Shown here: positions 31,094 to 40,679 of the stretch, one piece after another
Numbering within the stretch: position 1 is the stretch's first letter
Layout: every line of letters begins with the position of its first letter
Origin: a virus
Taxonomy: Duplodnaviria; Caudoviricetes
DNA: 64,000 nt
Reading direction: 5' to 3' (one strand)
Virus record (IMG/VR): IMGVR_UViG_3300033562_000691
Coordinates: 3,580-67,579 of that record
Program-made: the position numbers and the translations under genes
Notes under the pieces: generated by a model
What the model was told of the DNA's origin: nothing
Databases searched by the model: none
What the model saw: the letters and a program-made list of their open reading frames with translations, nothing else

Positions 31094-31522
31094 CTATTCC
31101 ACCAAACTCGTCTTTTCGAGGCCCTTGAACATCTCGGTTAAGCGTTGCGAGTTTTTTAGGAGCACGTCCTTGGATTTGATGTTGATCTCAATCACAGCAG
31201 AGAGGAGATCCACAAGTACTTCGATGGGGAGTTCCACCAAGTCTTCCTGTGCAATGCCGGTTGCATTTTCCAGGACTTCAGGGAAATTACTCAGAATGAT
31301 GGAAACGAGTTTTACGAGGGATTCGTTGCTCTGATAGTTTGTCCAGTTGATACCGGCTTCAGAGAACTTGTCGGTCATTGCATTGACCTTGGAGATGAGT
31401 TCAATCCACTGAATCAATGCCAATGGGCGGATGGTGACTTCTTCATCACCAATGGAAACCTGCGAAACAGAGAAAAGGCTGGAAATAGTTTCGGGTTTGA
31501 GTCTGCGTACCTTGCGTGCCAT
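31094..31522 (-). CDS. Tail assembly chaperone (lambda G-like position)
   Basis: Lies between tail tube and tape measure, with AAGGAA RBS. Contains CTA AAA AAC near its 3' end. Confidence 0.8.
   Translation of the reverse strand: MARKVRRLKPETISSLFSVSQVSIGDEEVTIRPLALIQWIELISKVNAMTDKFSEAGINWTNYQSNESLVKLVSIILSNFPEVLENATGIAQEDLVELPIEVLVDLLSAVIEINIKSKDVLLKNSQRLTEMFKGLEKTSLVE
31151..31157 (-). other. Programmed -1 ribosomal frameshift slippery heptamer A_AAA_AAC
   Basis: In-frame X XXY YYZ heptamer. The -1 frame reads KLATLNRDVQGPRKDEFGGIELAFQ-MLISHG without stops into ORF 30783..31079. Confidence 0.8.
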
Positions 31523-31552
31523 GGTTGTTTCCTTCTTCTTTGGTTGATACTG

Positions 31553-31585
31553 AAGAGTGGAGCCACATGCAGTGGCTCCACTCTT
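31553..31585. terminator. 14-bp perfect hairpin after the tail tube gene
   Basis: AAGAGTGGAGCCAC-ATGCA-GTGGCTCCACTCTT. No clear U-tract, so either a weak terminator or an mRNA stabiliser. Confidence 0.5.
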
Positions 31586-31619
31586 ATTCCATCTTTCTTA
31601 CTACATACTGCGCTGATTG

Positions 31620-32387
31620 TTAATCCATGATGATAGACATGTAGGGCGAATTCGGATGCCCAGACTCGTCTTTCAGAACCTCACCAGAGAATCCGAGGGT
31701 AGACCAGTCATCACCGATCATGGAAGTGTCACCAGACGGAGTGAGCGATACACGCCAGATCTGAACCTCAAGCTGCTTGCCTGCCGGATTGTCAGAAACG
31801 AAGCGCAGCATACCCTCAACCTGAGTATTCTTGAATGCGCGAACCTCCTTGTAGACGGTTTCTGCATAAGAATAGTCCACATGTACAACAGTGCCGTCAG
31901 TGATCGTACTCCCTACCGGGAAGTAGACGCGACCAATAGCATCATCTTTCAGGGTGGTATCGAGCAGGTAATCCGTACCATTGATATAAGTGGTAGTACC
32001 TGCCACATTGGTGACAACGACATCAGACACAGCACGCTTGGCCAGAGCCACACGTTTGCCCTGATAAGCAACAACGGCCTCATTGGAAGCAGTCCCGGCA
32101 GTCTGGGTGACAGATACAATGTCCGCCATGGACAGCAAGGCGAGGTTATCTGCACTGATCTCGTCCAGAGTAAACGTACAAGAAGGGGTCATCTGCGAAA
32201 TGACCAGTTTATCCTTCGCTTTCAGACCACCACGCGAACTGAAATGCTCCAGTTTTTCAATGGCGATGTTGAACGAGAAAGCAGGGGCGTTGCCAAGATC
32301 ACGCTCACCAGAATACAGACCGGTGGACATATTCTTGCGGTTGAAGTAAACGATGCCTTTTCCGAGAGTGTAGTTTTCGGCTCCCAT
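31620..32387 (-). CDS. Major tail (tube) protein
   Basis: YTLGKGIVYF...DLGNAPAFSF...LEHFSSRGG...TFTLDEIS...LRFVSDNPAG; AGGAG RBS; position in the module. Confidence 0.85.
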   Translation of the reverse strand: MGAENYTLGKGIVYFNRKNMSTGLYSGERDLGNAPAFSFNIAIEKLEHFSSRGGLKAKDKLVISQMTPSCTFTLDEISADNLALLSMADIVSVTQTAGTASNEAVVAYQGKRVALAKRAVSDVVVTNVAGTTTYINGTDYLLDTTLKDDAIGRVYFPVGSTITDGTVVHVDYSYAETVYKEVRAFKNTQVEGMLRFVSDNPAGKQLEVQIWRVSLTPSGDTSMIGDDWSTLGFSGEVLKDESGHPNSPYMSIIMD

Positions 32388-32401
32388 GAGTAAATCTCCT
32401 G

Positions 32402-32851
32402 TTAAATTGTACCGTCATCGGTATAACTGAGTCCCAAAATAAGTCTAATTCCTTCCACATCCGGCAATCCATAGCCAGATGGTCCTTCTGTGCGGAGTTC
32501 TGATAGCATTGTCATCCCATCAGGAGATCCATTCTCCAATCTAACAGGCCATGGATCAACCAACACGACTGCACGCAAATCGTTGTACCTCTGATATATG
32601 CTAACTGCGGGATCTGCCAAGTGGATGATCTCCAGAGCAACTTCCATAATGCGTTTTTGTGGATAACCAGTAGCGTTTCGTGCTGATTTTTCCACAATCT
32701 CATCAATCCCATCGAACACCAGTAGTGCTACCAAATCTTCTTTGAGGATTGGAGTGCGCACATTATGCCTGAAGGTCTTTATCCCCAGAGCAGTCTTTGC
32801 CGCAGCAATGCGTCTTTTGATTTCTGCTAATGCAAGTACACGTTTTTTCAT
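32402..32851 (-). CDS. Putative tail terminator/completion protein
   Basis: Size and position just before the tube gene. Confidence 0.6.
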   Translation of the reverse strand: MKKRVLALAEIKRRIAAAKTALGIKTFRHNVRTPILKEDLVALLVFDGIDEIVEKSARNATGYPQKRIMEVALEIIHLADPAVSIYQRYNDLRAVVLVDPWPVRLENGSPDGMTMLSELRTEGPSGYGLPDVEGIRLILGLSYTDDGTI

Positions 32852-33348
32852 AACGACTCCATGACCGCAATAGCGACTGCTTCCACTAATTTATCCTGAT
32901 TGCGCGTTGCACGTTCTGAATCAGTGTCAAACAGAACAGGATCAATGATTCCTCCCACTACATGCTTCTCAGGCTGTGTACGGCCACCAGCCCACACACG
33001 TCCATTCGCATATATCAACTTTCCAGAGTTCGACGTGGCACCATCAGCTACAGTAGCATCGTCACGTGGCCAGTACCAAGGAGGTCCACCAAGTTCTGCC
33101 CCTGTATCCAAATAGTAACCATAGTTTGTCCCTGAATTGGTGATGATGAATTTGTATCCACCGCCGCGAGTAATGGTTGAGTGTCGAAGCACTTGCCAGC
33201 CAGCAGCAAACTGACCTGAATCTTTTGGAGATCGCAATTTCAGATCATCCGCAATGCTGGCAACAGCAGGAGTTACCCTTGTGTAAATGTTGACATTCAA
33301 TCGTTTGCGGGATTCGAGAATGCGCTGTCCAAATTTATCCAGTTTCAT
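32848..33348 (-). CDS. Neck protein, HK97 gp10-like
   Basis: RSPKDSGQFAAGW...NYGYYLDTG, similar to the PVDTG..W / YA.YVE.G pattern. Confidence 0.65.
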   Translation of the reverse strand: MKLDKFGQRILESRKRLNVNIYTRVTPAVASIADDLKLRSPKDSGQFAAGWQVLRHSTITRGGGYKFIITNSGTNYGYYLDTGAELGGPPWYWPRDDATVADGATSNSGKLIYANGRVWAGGRTQPEKHVVGGIIDPVLFDTDSERATRNQDKLVEAVAIAVMESL

Positions 33349-33725
33349 CAGAGGATTCCTCTTACCAGAAGTGTGTACAGCGCACCTGCCGCATCCACAT
33401 CAAACGCCTTTACCTCAAATGCATCAGTACCATCAAGAATACGATCTCCATTCTGAACTTCAAATGAGACATCCACTCCTTTCAGGTAGCAAAGTTTATC
33501 CAAAGGTTGAATCAAATGATAGAACGAGAGGCGGGTGACATCAATCCCTGTCGTAGAAATGATCAATGCATCCATTGGCACAGCAGTTACCACCGGGGCG
33601 GTGAATCCATCATCTGCTGTCTTCACATAAGAAACCCCGCGCACAAGGCTTTTGAACACCTTGAATATCGTTACCGGGATCTTCTGGAAAGTATCTTTCA
33701 GTGCCATTATGCTCGTTCCAACCAA
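33348..33725 (-). CDS. Head closure / head-tail joining protein
   Basis: Position; GDRILDGTDAFEV...YTLLVR ending. Confidence 0.6.
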   Translation of the reverse strand: MVGTSIMALKDTFQKIPVTIFKVFKSLVRGVSYVKTADDGFTAPVVTAVPMDALIISTTGIDVTRLSFYHLIQPLDKLCYLKGVDVSFEVQNGDRILDGTDAFEVKAFDVDAAGALYTLLVRGIL

Positions 33726-34207
33726 ACCACGCTAATACCGCTGCCCCGGATGTAGTCGCGTAGTGATTCTTTCACTCTGTCGGGCACTGGTGATTTCGCA
33801 GCGGGGCGGATACCCTGTGCTGTTTTGATTACCAGTGGACCTGCCTGTACATGTGCAAGACCTGCAAGATCATCATCCAACGAACGATCCTCGGCCAGTA
33901 CTGCCAATGCCATTTCAAAAGTGGCAACTTTTACTGCTTTTGGAATAATTGTACTGCTCACTTCGTATCCGCTACTCAGCGTCACTTCAACTCTTGGCCA
34001 CTCCATGGCCTGTTCAGCATCAGCTTTGTAGCCTTTGAACTTCAAGTACCAGTCCAGCATACGAGAAGCAGTGATCAAGGCTTGCTCTTTTGGAACGGAT
34101 ACACTCCAATCTTCAGAATGTATCCGATCCAAGAAGTATGCGTCAGCCTCTTCCACTGTGACATATGAGTTGGCAGTGTATCCGCCAATCGTAGCGTCAA
34201 GTGCCAT
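33707..34207 (-). CDS. Head-tail connector (DnaT-like domain family)
   Basis: ANSYVTVEEADAYF...ALITASRMLD...QAMEWPR...IPKAVKVATFEMA. Confidence 0.75.
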   Translation of the reverse strand: MALDATIGGYTANSYVTVEEADAYFLDRIHSEDWSVSVPKEQALITASRMLDWYLKFKGYKADAEQAMEWPRVEVTLSSGYEVSSTIIPKAVKVATFEMALAVLAEDRSLDDDLAGLAHVQAGPLVIKTAQGIRPAAKSPVPDRVKESLRDYIRGSGISVVWLERA

Positions 34208-34212
34208 GGCAG

Positions 34213-34440
34213 TTAATTACTCTTCTTCTTGATGGTGATCTTCCGGGGAGTATCCGTCTCAACAGGCTCCTGCTGATCGGCCTCTTTCTCACCAGTATCC
34301 GCTTGTTCGGCTTCTGCCTTGACGGGAGTGGGAACGGCTTCCTTTTTCTGGGGAGTCTTGCTCCAACCGGTAGCGAGCATAGGTTCGATCTGCTCAGGAA
34401 GTATAGTAACCTCTACGCCTTCGGCGTTATACATGATCAT
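34213..34440 (-). CDS. Small acidic protein after the capsid gene
   Basis: 75 aa with AGGAG RBS, co-oriented. Confidence 0.65.
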   Translation of the reverse strand: MIMYNAEGVEVTILPEQIEPMLATGWSKTPQKKEAVPTPVKAEAEQADTGEKEADQQEPVETDTPRKITIKKKSN

Positions 34441-34482
34441 GTCAAATCTCCTTTTCAGAATTCTTGGAATAACTGCTGTCTA

Positions 34483-35643
34483 TTAATACTCGGCCAGCAG
34501 AGTCACGTGACGCGGATCAAGCATGAACGCGCCGCACATGAAGTCCATGGAGAAGGTGGTCTTCTTCGTGTTGATATCATATGCCTTGACGATACGAACA
34601 TTGATACCGTTTGCAGAAGCAATACCAGCAGACTCGGACTCAGGCAGATCCAGCATCGGGAATGCAACACCAAGTGCCTTGTCATCGAAGATGGCACCAT
34701 GGTAGATCAGGGACTCGCCAGAACCAATGACGGTGACAGCGGCGTTGTCCGGAATGATCTCAGTGATCGGATCAACCAGATCCACGGACGTGGCAGCGGT
34801 GAGATCTGCAATGGCAGTCTTGACGATAAGCGGACGACGAACACCAGCAATGCGCAGCCGGTCGCCAGCGGCAAAAGCCGTACCAGCCCCAGTGGTGTCA
34901 ATAGTCAGAGTGGTAGCACCAATCTGATTGTTGGTATTGCCACCAGTACCATTGTTGGTAGCGGCAGTGCCGTCACCAGCAGTATGTCCAACCACGTTGG
35001 TCGGGAATGCGATGGATGCAAACCAGTCCATACCCATGGTACGGCCAAGGCGACCGGTGTTCAGGGTGTCAACACCTTCCTGTCCACGGGTCTGGGCTTG
35101 GTTGAACCAAGTCTGGCCAAGCAGTTTTGCTTCCAGATCGTGATCAACGAGGCTGTAACGATTCATGGACAACTGCTGGATGATAGCCGCTTTCCGGGCG
35201 AGAGCAACATCAGCAGCGGAAGCGAGCAGATCATCGGACACATACAGACCAGCGGCCTGAAGGATCTTGGTGCCCAGATAGGTATCACAACGCTCTGCCA
35301 GCGCATACATAGAAGGACGCAGAACCTGCTCGGAGAAGCTGTCCAGATCCAGAGCAAGCTCTTTCGCAGTCAGTTCAACAGAGATGTCAAAGTGCTTCTC
35401 AATGGTCAGCGGGCGGGTGGACGAACGAATACTCTGGGTAGCAATGGTGGTCTGAAACTCATCGACGTTGTACTCGCCATGAGTCCGGAAGGTCACAGTG
35501 TCCCCAACTTTCCAGCCACTGGCGCGGGTGGTGAACTCCGCAGTCTTGTCCATAGCGCACAGTGGCGCAATAACAAGGGAGTCTTCGAGGTGGAGCAGTG
35601 CTTCCTGTGCAATTTTGGATGGATGTTCCCAGATGTTTGCCAT
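34483..35643 (-). CDS. Major capsid protein, P22 coat-like
   Basis: Start moved to MANIWEHPS (AGGAGA RBS). GWKVGDTVTFR, KHFDISVELTAKELALD, DFMCGAFMLDP motifs. Follows the scaffold gene. Confidence 0.85.
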   Translation of the reverse strand: MANIWEHPSKIAQEALLHLEDSLVIAPLCAMDKTAEFTTRASGWKVGDTVTFRTHGEYNVDEFQTTIATQSIRSSTRPLTIEKHFDISVELTAKELALDLDSFSEQVLRPSMYALAERCDTYLGTKILQAAGLYVSDDLLASAADVALARKAAIIQQLSMNRYSLVDHDLEAKLLGQTWFNQAQTRGQEGVDTLNTGRLGRTMGMDWFASIAFPTNVVGHTAGDGTAATNNGTGGNTNNQIGATTLTIDTTGAGTAFAAGDRLRIAGVRRPLIVKTAIADLTAATSVDLVDPITEIIPDNAAVTVIGSGESLIYHGAIFDDKALGVAFPMLDLPESESAGIASANGINVRIVKAYDINTKKTTFSMDFMCGAFMLDPRHVTLLAEY

Positions 35644-35700
35644 TGTTAAATCTCCTACTACGGTTTGGATGGTTATGTACCGCCCAACAAGATTTAACAA

Positions 35701-35745
35701 CTAGAGGGTCGGTACAGATTACGCTTCACTGTCTCGACCCTCTAG
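35701..35745. promoter_or_regulatory. Hairpin in the capsid 5' leader
   Basis: CTAGAGGGTCG/CGACCCTCTAG (11 bp) plus ACAG/CTGT inner stem. Confidence 0.5.
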
Positions 35746-35826
35746 GTCAGCAAACTACTGTGCCGCTCCACTGGAGCGATTTTCTTTTATATTAAATATA
35801 ACTGGAAGAAATTGCAAGCAAAAAAA

Positions 35827-36603
35827 TTATTTCCCCCGGCCCTTACTCAACTTCGAGCGCAAACGCCGATACTCTTTCGTGTCTCCACGATCAGCAGCGG
35901 CATTCATGGCACGTTCCAGATCATCAAGATCACCGCCGCCAGAATCAAATCGGGCAGACTCGGACTCAGGCCAGAAATGAGGCGCGGTCGATTTCAATCC
36001 GTCAATCCACAGAGTGGGAGTAAGGATCTTCTCATCCGCATTCTTGAGCAGCTTTCCACGACCATCGCGTGCTTCCACTGTAGCATTGTCCTCACTCAGA
36101 GAAAATACACGCATACCTCGCATGACAACATCCGGAAGAGCTTCAGGGCGAATCTTTGCGCCGAGTGCAGCATCCCGCAAGGTATCTTCGATCATCTTGC
36201 TCTTGAACATCTCTTCATACTTGGCACGTCCCGTGCGCTCCTGCTCCAAGGTGGAAGACAACTCACCTACCTTGGCCTCATAATCAGAACGCAACGTACT
36301 GACCCGTTTCTCAATAACTTCATCGAGACGACCTTCCCGAATGAGTCGAATATCCTCATTTTCGGTAACAAGGCGTAGTGCCTCCAATGCCTCTTCCGGA
36401 TCTTTGATCCCTTTGAACCGCTCTTGCATCTTTTTCTTTTCTGCAAGCAGTTCGTCATTCTTGGATTTCAGCCCAGTAGTGGCCTCTGCAATCTTGGTGT
36501 CGATCTGCTTCTTCCAAGTAGACTCAAGTTCACTCTTGTTCTTCTCGTACTCAGCGATTGCCAATGCCCGTTGTTCTTCGTCTGCGATAAATGAAAAATC
36601 CAT
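35827..36603 (-). CDS. Capsid scaffolding protein
   Basis: Coiled coil GLKSKNDELLAEKK..., basic C-terminal helix, between portal and capsid. No prohead protease seen. Confidence 0.8.
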   Translation of the reverse strand: MDFSFIADEEQRALAIAEYEKNKSELESTWKKQIDTKIAEATTGLKSKNDELLAEKKKMQERFKGIKDPEEALEALRLVTENEDIRLIREGRLDEVIEKRVSTLRSDYEAKVGELSSTLEQERTGRAKYEEMFKSKMIEDTLRDAALGAKIRPEALPDVVMRGMRVFSLSEDNATVEARDGRGKLLKNADEKILTPTLWIDGLKSTAPHFWPESESARFDSGGGDLDDLERAMNAAADRGDTKEYRRLRSKLSKGRGK

Positions 36604-36645
36604 GATAATCTCCTCTGGAGAAAGTAAAGGTTTGCTCTCTGAGCA

Positions 36646-38175
36646 TTATTTGTTTTGCTGTCCTTCTACATCTTCGATAACTTCTTTGGATACATCGACA
36701 TTTTTTGGTGTACCTCCTGCGTTTACATCATCACCCTCCTTTCCATCTTCATTTTCATTTTCGGATTTGCCATCCAAGGTCTTACTCAATTTCAACTGCT
36801 TCTTGAGTTTTTCATTCTCTTTGATCAGTTCCACATACTCTTCATAAGAAATGGTCTGATCCAGCAGTCCGGAAGAAATCAAGTACTTGTGTACGATTGG
36901 CAACGGGTATACTCCAATAGTGAACCCTTCCACTAATTCGCGCATTATAGTAGCATCCGGAATACCGAATGTCAATGACGATGGTGCGTCTATAATGACA
37001 TCTTCCTCATTATATCCTGCCCACTTACACATGAGCACCACTGACTTCCTGATAGCATTCAGTGCAGAAAGGTATATAGAATATATAGAAGATGACTGCG
37101 TAGCCTGTCGAATACGAAGTGCTTCTGCTGCTTCCACACCCTTGCGAGAATCAAGAATAGCAACACCGTGCCGAATAGCCTCCTCATATAAATCGTCAAT
37201 ATGCCCCTTGATATGCTGCAATGCTGCTGTGTCTGTCATGGTATAGAACACACGGGCCTGCGCGTCTGGGAGAACGATCATAACCGAAGATCCAACCACG
37301 TTCGGGGTGTTCTCATCATTGTCTGCTCCAGTAATGCACAGTGTTGGATTGCAGGATAGGAACTCACTGTTTGCCAAGTCAGCTTCTTTCCTATAAATCT
37401 GGATTGAACAATTGGCTACAGGAATGAGCGGGATTGGTTGGATGTCCGGACTATTACTGATGCTTCCAGCAATTGAGATGGGCAGTTGATCCAAAATTTT
37501 TCCCATGTACTTTGGCTTAACAGTCTCTTCCTTCAGCAAATGAGAGTCTTCGTCATACGTCTGCACCGTGTACTTCCCTCCAGCATCCAACATCATGGCA
37601 CGGTATACTTTATGCGAAGAATGTGAGAAGATGTCTTCATCATCGAATACCTTCTGCTCCAACACAGCGAGGGCAATGCTCTTCTCATCATTAATAACAG
37701 ACGATTTCCAGTTGATAAGATCTTCTGCGCGATACTGTACTATGCGAAACTCCCGTGTGTTTGGCATGATATCAACAACAAGTGGAACCCGACCTGTCTG
37801 AAAGATCTCAACAATAACATCCAAGAACAACTGTTGGATATTACGCCCATCCTTAGTGGCATTTTTGTGCAAGTACTCCAATTCCTTTGGGAAATTGAAT
37901 TCTGGCATCTTGGTGATAATTACTCCAAGAACACCAGACAATGCGTAGGAACAAATCAGTGGAAAATGAGCACGTTCCTTGTATGCATTGTAGGCATCGG
38001 CATACTCATTTTTCATACCAGACGGACGGGGGAGGTATGTTTCACCCTCATCCTTGATAGCAGCTTCACCTTTCATACATGTGCGCATCTTCTTCCATTC
38101 TCTAAGACGTGTCTCATAGTCCGGATGAGTAGTGTGTGCTGCCTGTGCTTTTAAGTCAGTGCCGGTAACTTTCAT
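36646..38175 (-). CDS. Portal protein (DUF4055-like)
   Basis: HPDYETRLREW...YLPRP...YKERAHF...LINW; directly downstream of TerL. Confidence 0.85.
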   Translation of the reverse strand: MKVTGTDLKAQAAHTTHPDYETRLREWKKMRTCMKGEAAIKDEGETYLPRPSGMKNEYADAYNAYKERAHFPLICSYALSGVLGVIITKMPEFNFPKELEYLHKNATKDGRNIQQLFLDVIVEIFQTGRVPLVVDIMPNTREFRIVQYRAEDLINWKSSVINDEKSIALAVLEQKVFDDEDIFSHSSHKVYRAMMLDAGGKYTVQTYDEDSHLLKEETVKPKYMGKILDQLPISIAGSISNSPDIQPIPLIPVANCSIQIYRKEADLANSEFLSCNPTLCITGADNDENTPNVVGSSVMIVLPDAQARVFYTMTDTAALQHIKGHIDDLYEEAIRHGVAILDSRKGVEAAEALRIRQATQSSSIYSIYLSALNAIRKSVVLMCKWAGYNEEDVIIDAPSSLTFGIPDATIMRELVEGFTIGVYPLPIVHKYLISSGLLDQTISYEEYVELIKENEKLKKQLKLSKTLDGKSENENEDGKEGDDVNAGGTPKNVDVSKEVIEDVEGQQNK

Positions 38176-40679
38176 ATGCCTACCTTTCCTCTTTTCATTG
38201 TTGTTTTTTTCCTACTTAACAGGTAACGGGTACTATCACCGCAGTGATCCTCACCGGTCGTATCAACATCATCAGGATTTTTTGCATCTCTTTGCAGTTG
38301 TGGAATTGTCCGTATATGATGAACTGCATTTGGGAAGAAATACAAATGTGGTTGCTCCATATTTCCTTTCTTTGCGGCTTCCAGCATTGTCCGAATCAAT
38401 GCCCATCCAGCTTTACGTGACCCCGGCCCTTTATAGCTGCGCTGCCAGTACAGTTTGTGCTTACCCATATTTGCCCCGATAGAAGTACCATCAGCAACAT
38501 TCCAGATTGAATTATCAGCAGGTCCAATCTTTACCTTTATTCCTGCATAATTATTCATAAATGGATCGTATGTCCTGTGCATGCGCTCCAATTGCTTATC
38601 TAGGGTAAGTGTTCTTTTTGCTATGGTTGCAGTGGTTGCCATATCTCCTTTATTTGGCTCTCCATTCCATCCATAAATTTCGTCGATTATTATAACACTA
38701 CCCTTGGGTATATGTATAGGACAATTTTCTGGCTGATCTCCGTTACATGTGGCCCCATATGTTACACTCCAAGGACGTGAAGAACCCCAGTCAAAACTAC
38801 GCTGTACCTTCCACGTATAAGGAATAATGAATGGATCAAGAACATGGATCTTGGTATTCCACACATCGGAGAAAAATCCACCAATGACAAGATCCCATGA
38901 TGCCTGTACCCATGCTTTGCGAAGCATCTCATTATTCTCAGTCATGGATATGAGCTTTGCTTTGTAATGCGGATCAGCTTCAAGCAAGGACTTGTTATCT
39001 TCAAGATCAACAAATATATGAGTGCGTGTCATCCCATCTTTGTCTGTGTACACACGCCGCTCTTTCACTGTATTGATGAACCGATCCTTAACCCACTGGT
39101 GGCCGGGACCACTGGGGTTACAGGTAGCTCTGTACTTGCTGACGATCTTTGGATTTGATGAACGGTTACAGGACATCAGTTTCAAGTACACATCAGGCAC
39201 AGGATGGTTCGTCAACTCCTCCCATCCAATCCAAGGATACTCATGCCCATGGTACTGATCATAGTCATCTATGACACGGGCATAGTTAAACCAAAAAGTC
39301 TCACCATCAGGAAAAGTCCAAATGGATTTCTGTTCATTGAACTTGGCACCGGGAAATAAGCGAGGGAACCATTTTTTGGATTTCGCAATAACGTCCTTTA
39401 ACTCAGTGGTTGCCTCACGAAGCAGCAATCCTCGATAATCTGCTCCGTAACCAACACCAACTCCCTTGGCAAAATCCATCAGCAGTGTATCTGTATTATG
39501 TGTGACCACGAAATCATCTGTAAGGTATGTATGGTCAGCAGAATCTAAAGAAATACACTGCATATTCACATAACGATCTGTTTCAATGATATCAATTATG
39601 GATACATAGTCCTGATTCTGATCAGTCTTTTTGTTTTGCAGGAATTTCAACTTGTGAGGAGTTTTTACAATCTGTTTGTCCGTGTTGATGTATAGTCGGA
39701 ATACCTTTCCACGTGTGCAGGTGCTTCCTTTTATATTGTGTTCCTCACCTTCTCTATTGTCTATAGACTTCCTACATCGTATCCCAAGGCTGCGTAGAAT
39801 CCATGCCATGTCGTCAATAAGCTGTTCGCTGGTATTGGTAAACTCACCATGCCCACTTTTCAGAATATGCCCATCTGTATCCATTAACCCTTGAATCAAT
39901 TCAAGTCGCTGCTGGGTAGAACTGAACTTGTAGATTGAGGGAATGAATTTCTGCTTACATGCAATATCTAGCCCCAATTGACGAATGTAAAACGATAATT
40001 CATTGCGCACCCTATACACATTCGTAAGGTGTTTGTCCTTTCCATTCACAGAAGTGATTGTATAGTTATTATTTGTGCTCGAATCATACTTTATTTCAAA
40101 GTTTGGCAGATGCTTCTTGAAGTAGTCAAGGATGAATTCATCATCAGTTGCTATCTTTGGGGTTAGTGTGGTCAAGGTTCCATTGCCAAGTAAGCATCCC
40201 AGTATGTAAGGATCTATCGGCAAGGACTTCTTCATAAACTTGACAGGTTTGCAGTTCGGTACTTTGAACTTGTACTCTGGGCCTTTAGGTTTATCATATT
40301 TGATGCCCTGTTGGAGCATGTCTTTGACAGACAGTACCTTGTGCTGTTTCTGTATGTTGCGAACACTCCAAAGATGATCATCGCTGCAGCGCACCTGTCT
40401 ACCATCTTGTAAAACAACAACGAATACCTGCTTCTTCTCCCGTTGAGGGAACACCCCATTAACACGATGGAGCAGACCATCTCCCCCGTAAACGAGATCT
40501 CCTACTTTGATGTCCCCCATTGTGGTATCTCTTTCTGAAGAAAACAACGCAGAATCAATAGGTTGCGCTTTCCCACCGCCACGGTTGCCCCAGAATAGGG
40601 CTTCCCAAACAGGACATTTCAATGCCCGTTCTTGTCCTCCGGGCCAAGGTTTCCAAATTACTTGTAATCGCCTAGACAT
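38172..40679 (-). CDS. terL: Terminase large subunit, intein-containing precursor
   Basis: Walker A GNRGGGK|T restored after intein removal, Walker B WIGWEELT, RATCNP, nuclease RSFDWG and EDHCGDSTRY. Confidence 0.92.
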   Translation of the reverse strand: MSRRLQVIWKPWPGGQERALKCPVWEALFWGNRGGGKAQPIDSALFSSERDTTMGDIKVGDLVYGGDGLLHRVNGVFPQREKKQVFVVVLQDGRQVRCSDDHLWSVRNIQKQHKVLSVKDMLQQGIKYDKPKGPEYKFKVPNCKPVKFMKKSLPIDPYILGCLLGNGTLTTLTPKIATDDEFILDYFKKHLPNFEIKYDSSTNNNYTITSVNGKDKHLTNVYRVRNELSFYIRQLGLDIACKQKFIPSIYKFSSTQQRLELIQGLMDTDGHILKSGHGEFTNTSEQLIDDMAWILRSLGIRCRKSIDNREGEEHNIKGSTCTRGKVFRLYINTDKQIVKTPHKLKFLQNKKTDQNQDYVSIIDIIETDRYVNMQCISLDSADHTYLTDDFVVTHNTDTLLMDFAKGVGVGYGADYRGLLLREATTELKDVIAKSKKWFPRLFPGAKFNEQKSIWTFPDGETFWFNYARVIDDYDQYHGHEYPWIGWEELTNHPVPDVYLKLMSCNRSSNPKIVSKYRATCNPSGPGHQWVKDRFINTVKERRVYTDKDGMTRTHIFVDLEDNKSLLEADPHYKAKLISMTENNEMLRKAWVQASWDLVIGGFFSDVWNTKIHVLDPFIIPYTWKVQRSFDWGSSRPWSVTYGATCNGDQPENCPIHIPKGSVIIIDEIYGWNGEPNKGDMATTATIAKRTLTLDKQLERMHRTYDPFMNNYAGIKVKIGPADNSIWNVADGTSIGANMGKHKLYWQRSYKGPGSRKAGWALIRTMLEAAKKGNMEQPHLYFFPNAVHHIRTIPQLQRDAKNPDDVDTTGEDHCGDSTRYLLSRKKTTMKRGKVGI
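39495..40568 (-). mobile_element. 358-aa intein with LAGLIDADG endonuclease domain, Ala1/WCT (class 3-type)
   Basis: Starts AQP after Lys37. Block B CSDDHLW, block F MQCISLD, block G VVTHN|T. Endonuclease motifs PYILGCLLGNG and LIQGLMDTDG. Confidence 0.88.

Noticed and set aside
34201-35649. 482-aa plus-strand ORF antisense to the capsid gene (also 31617..32393 over the tube gene and several over the tape measure)
   Set aside because: They are in codon register with strongly biased minus-strand genes, have no RBS or recognisable motifs, and are typical shadow ORFs.
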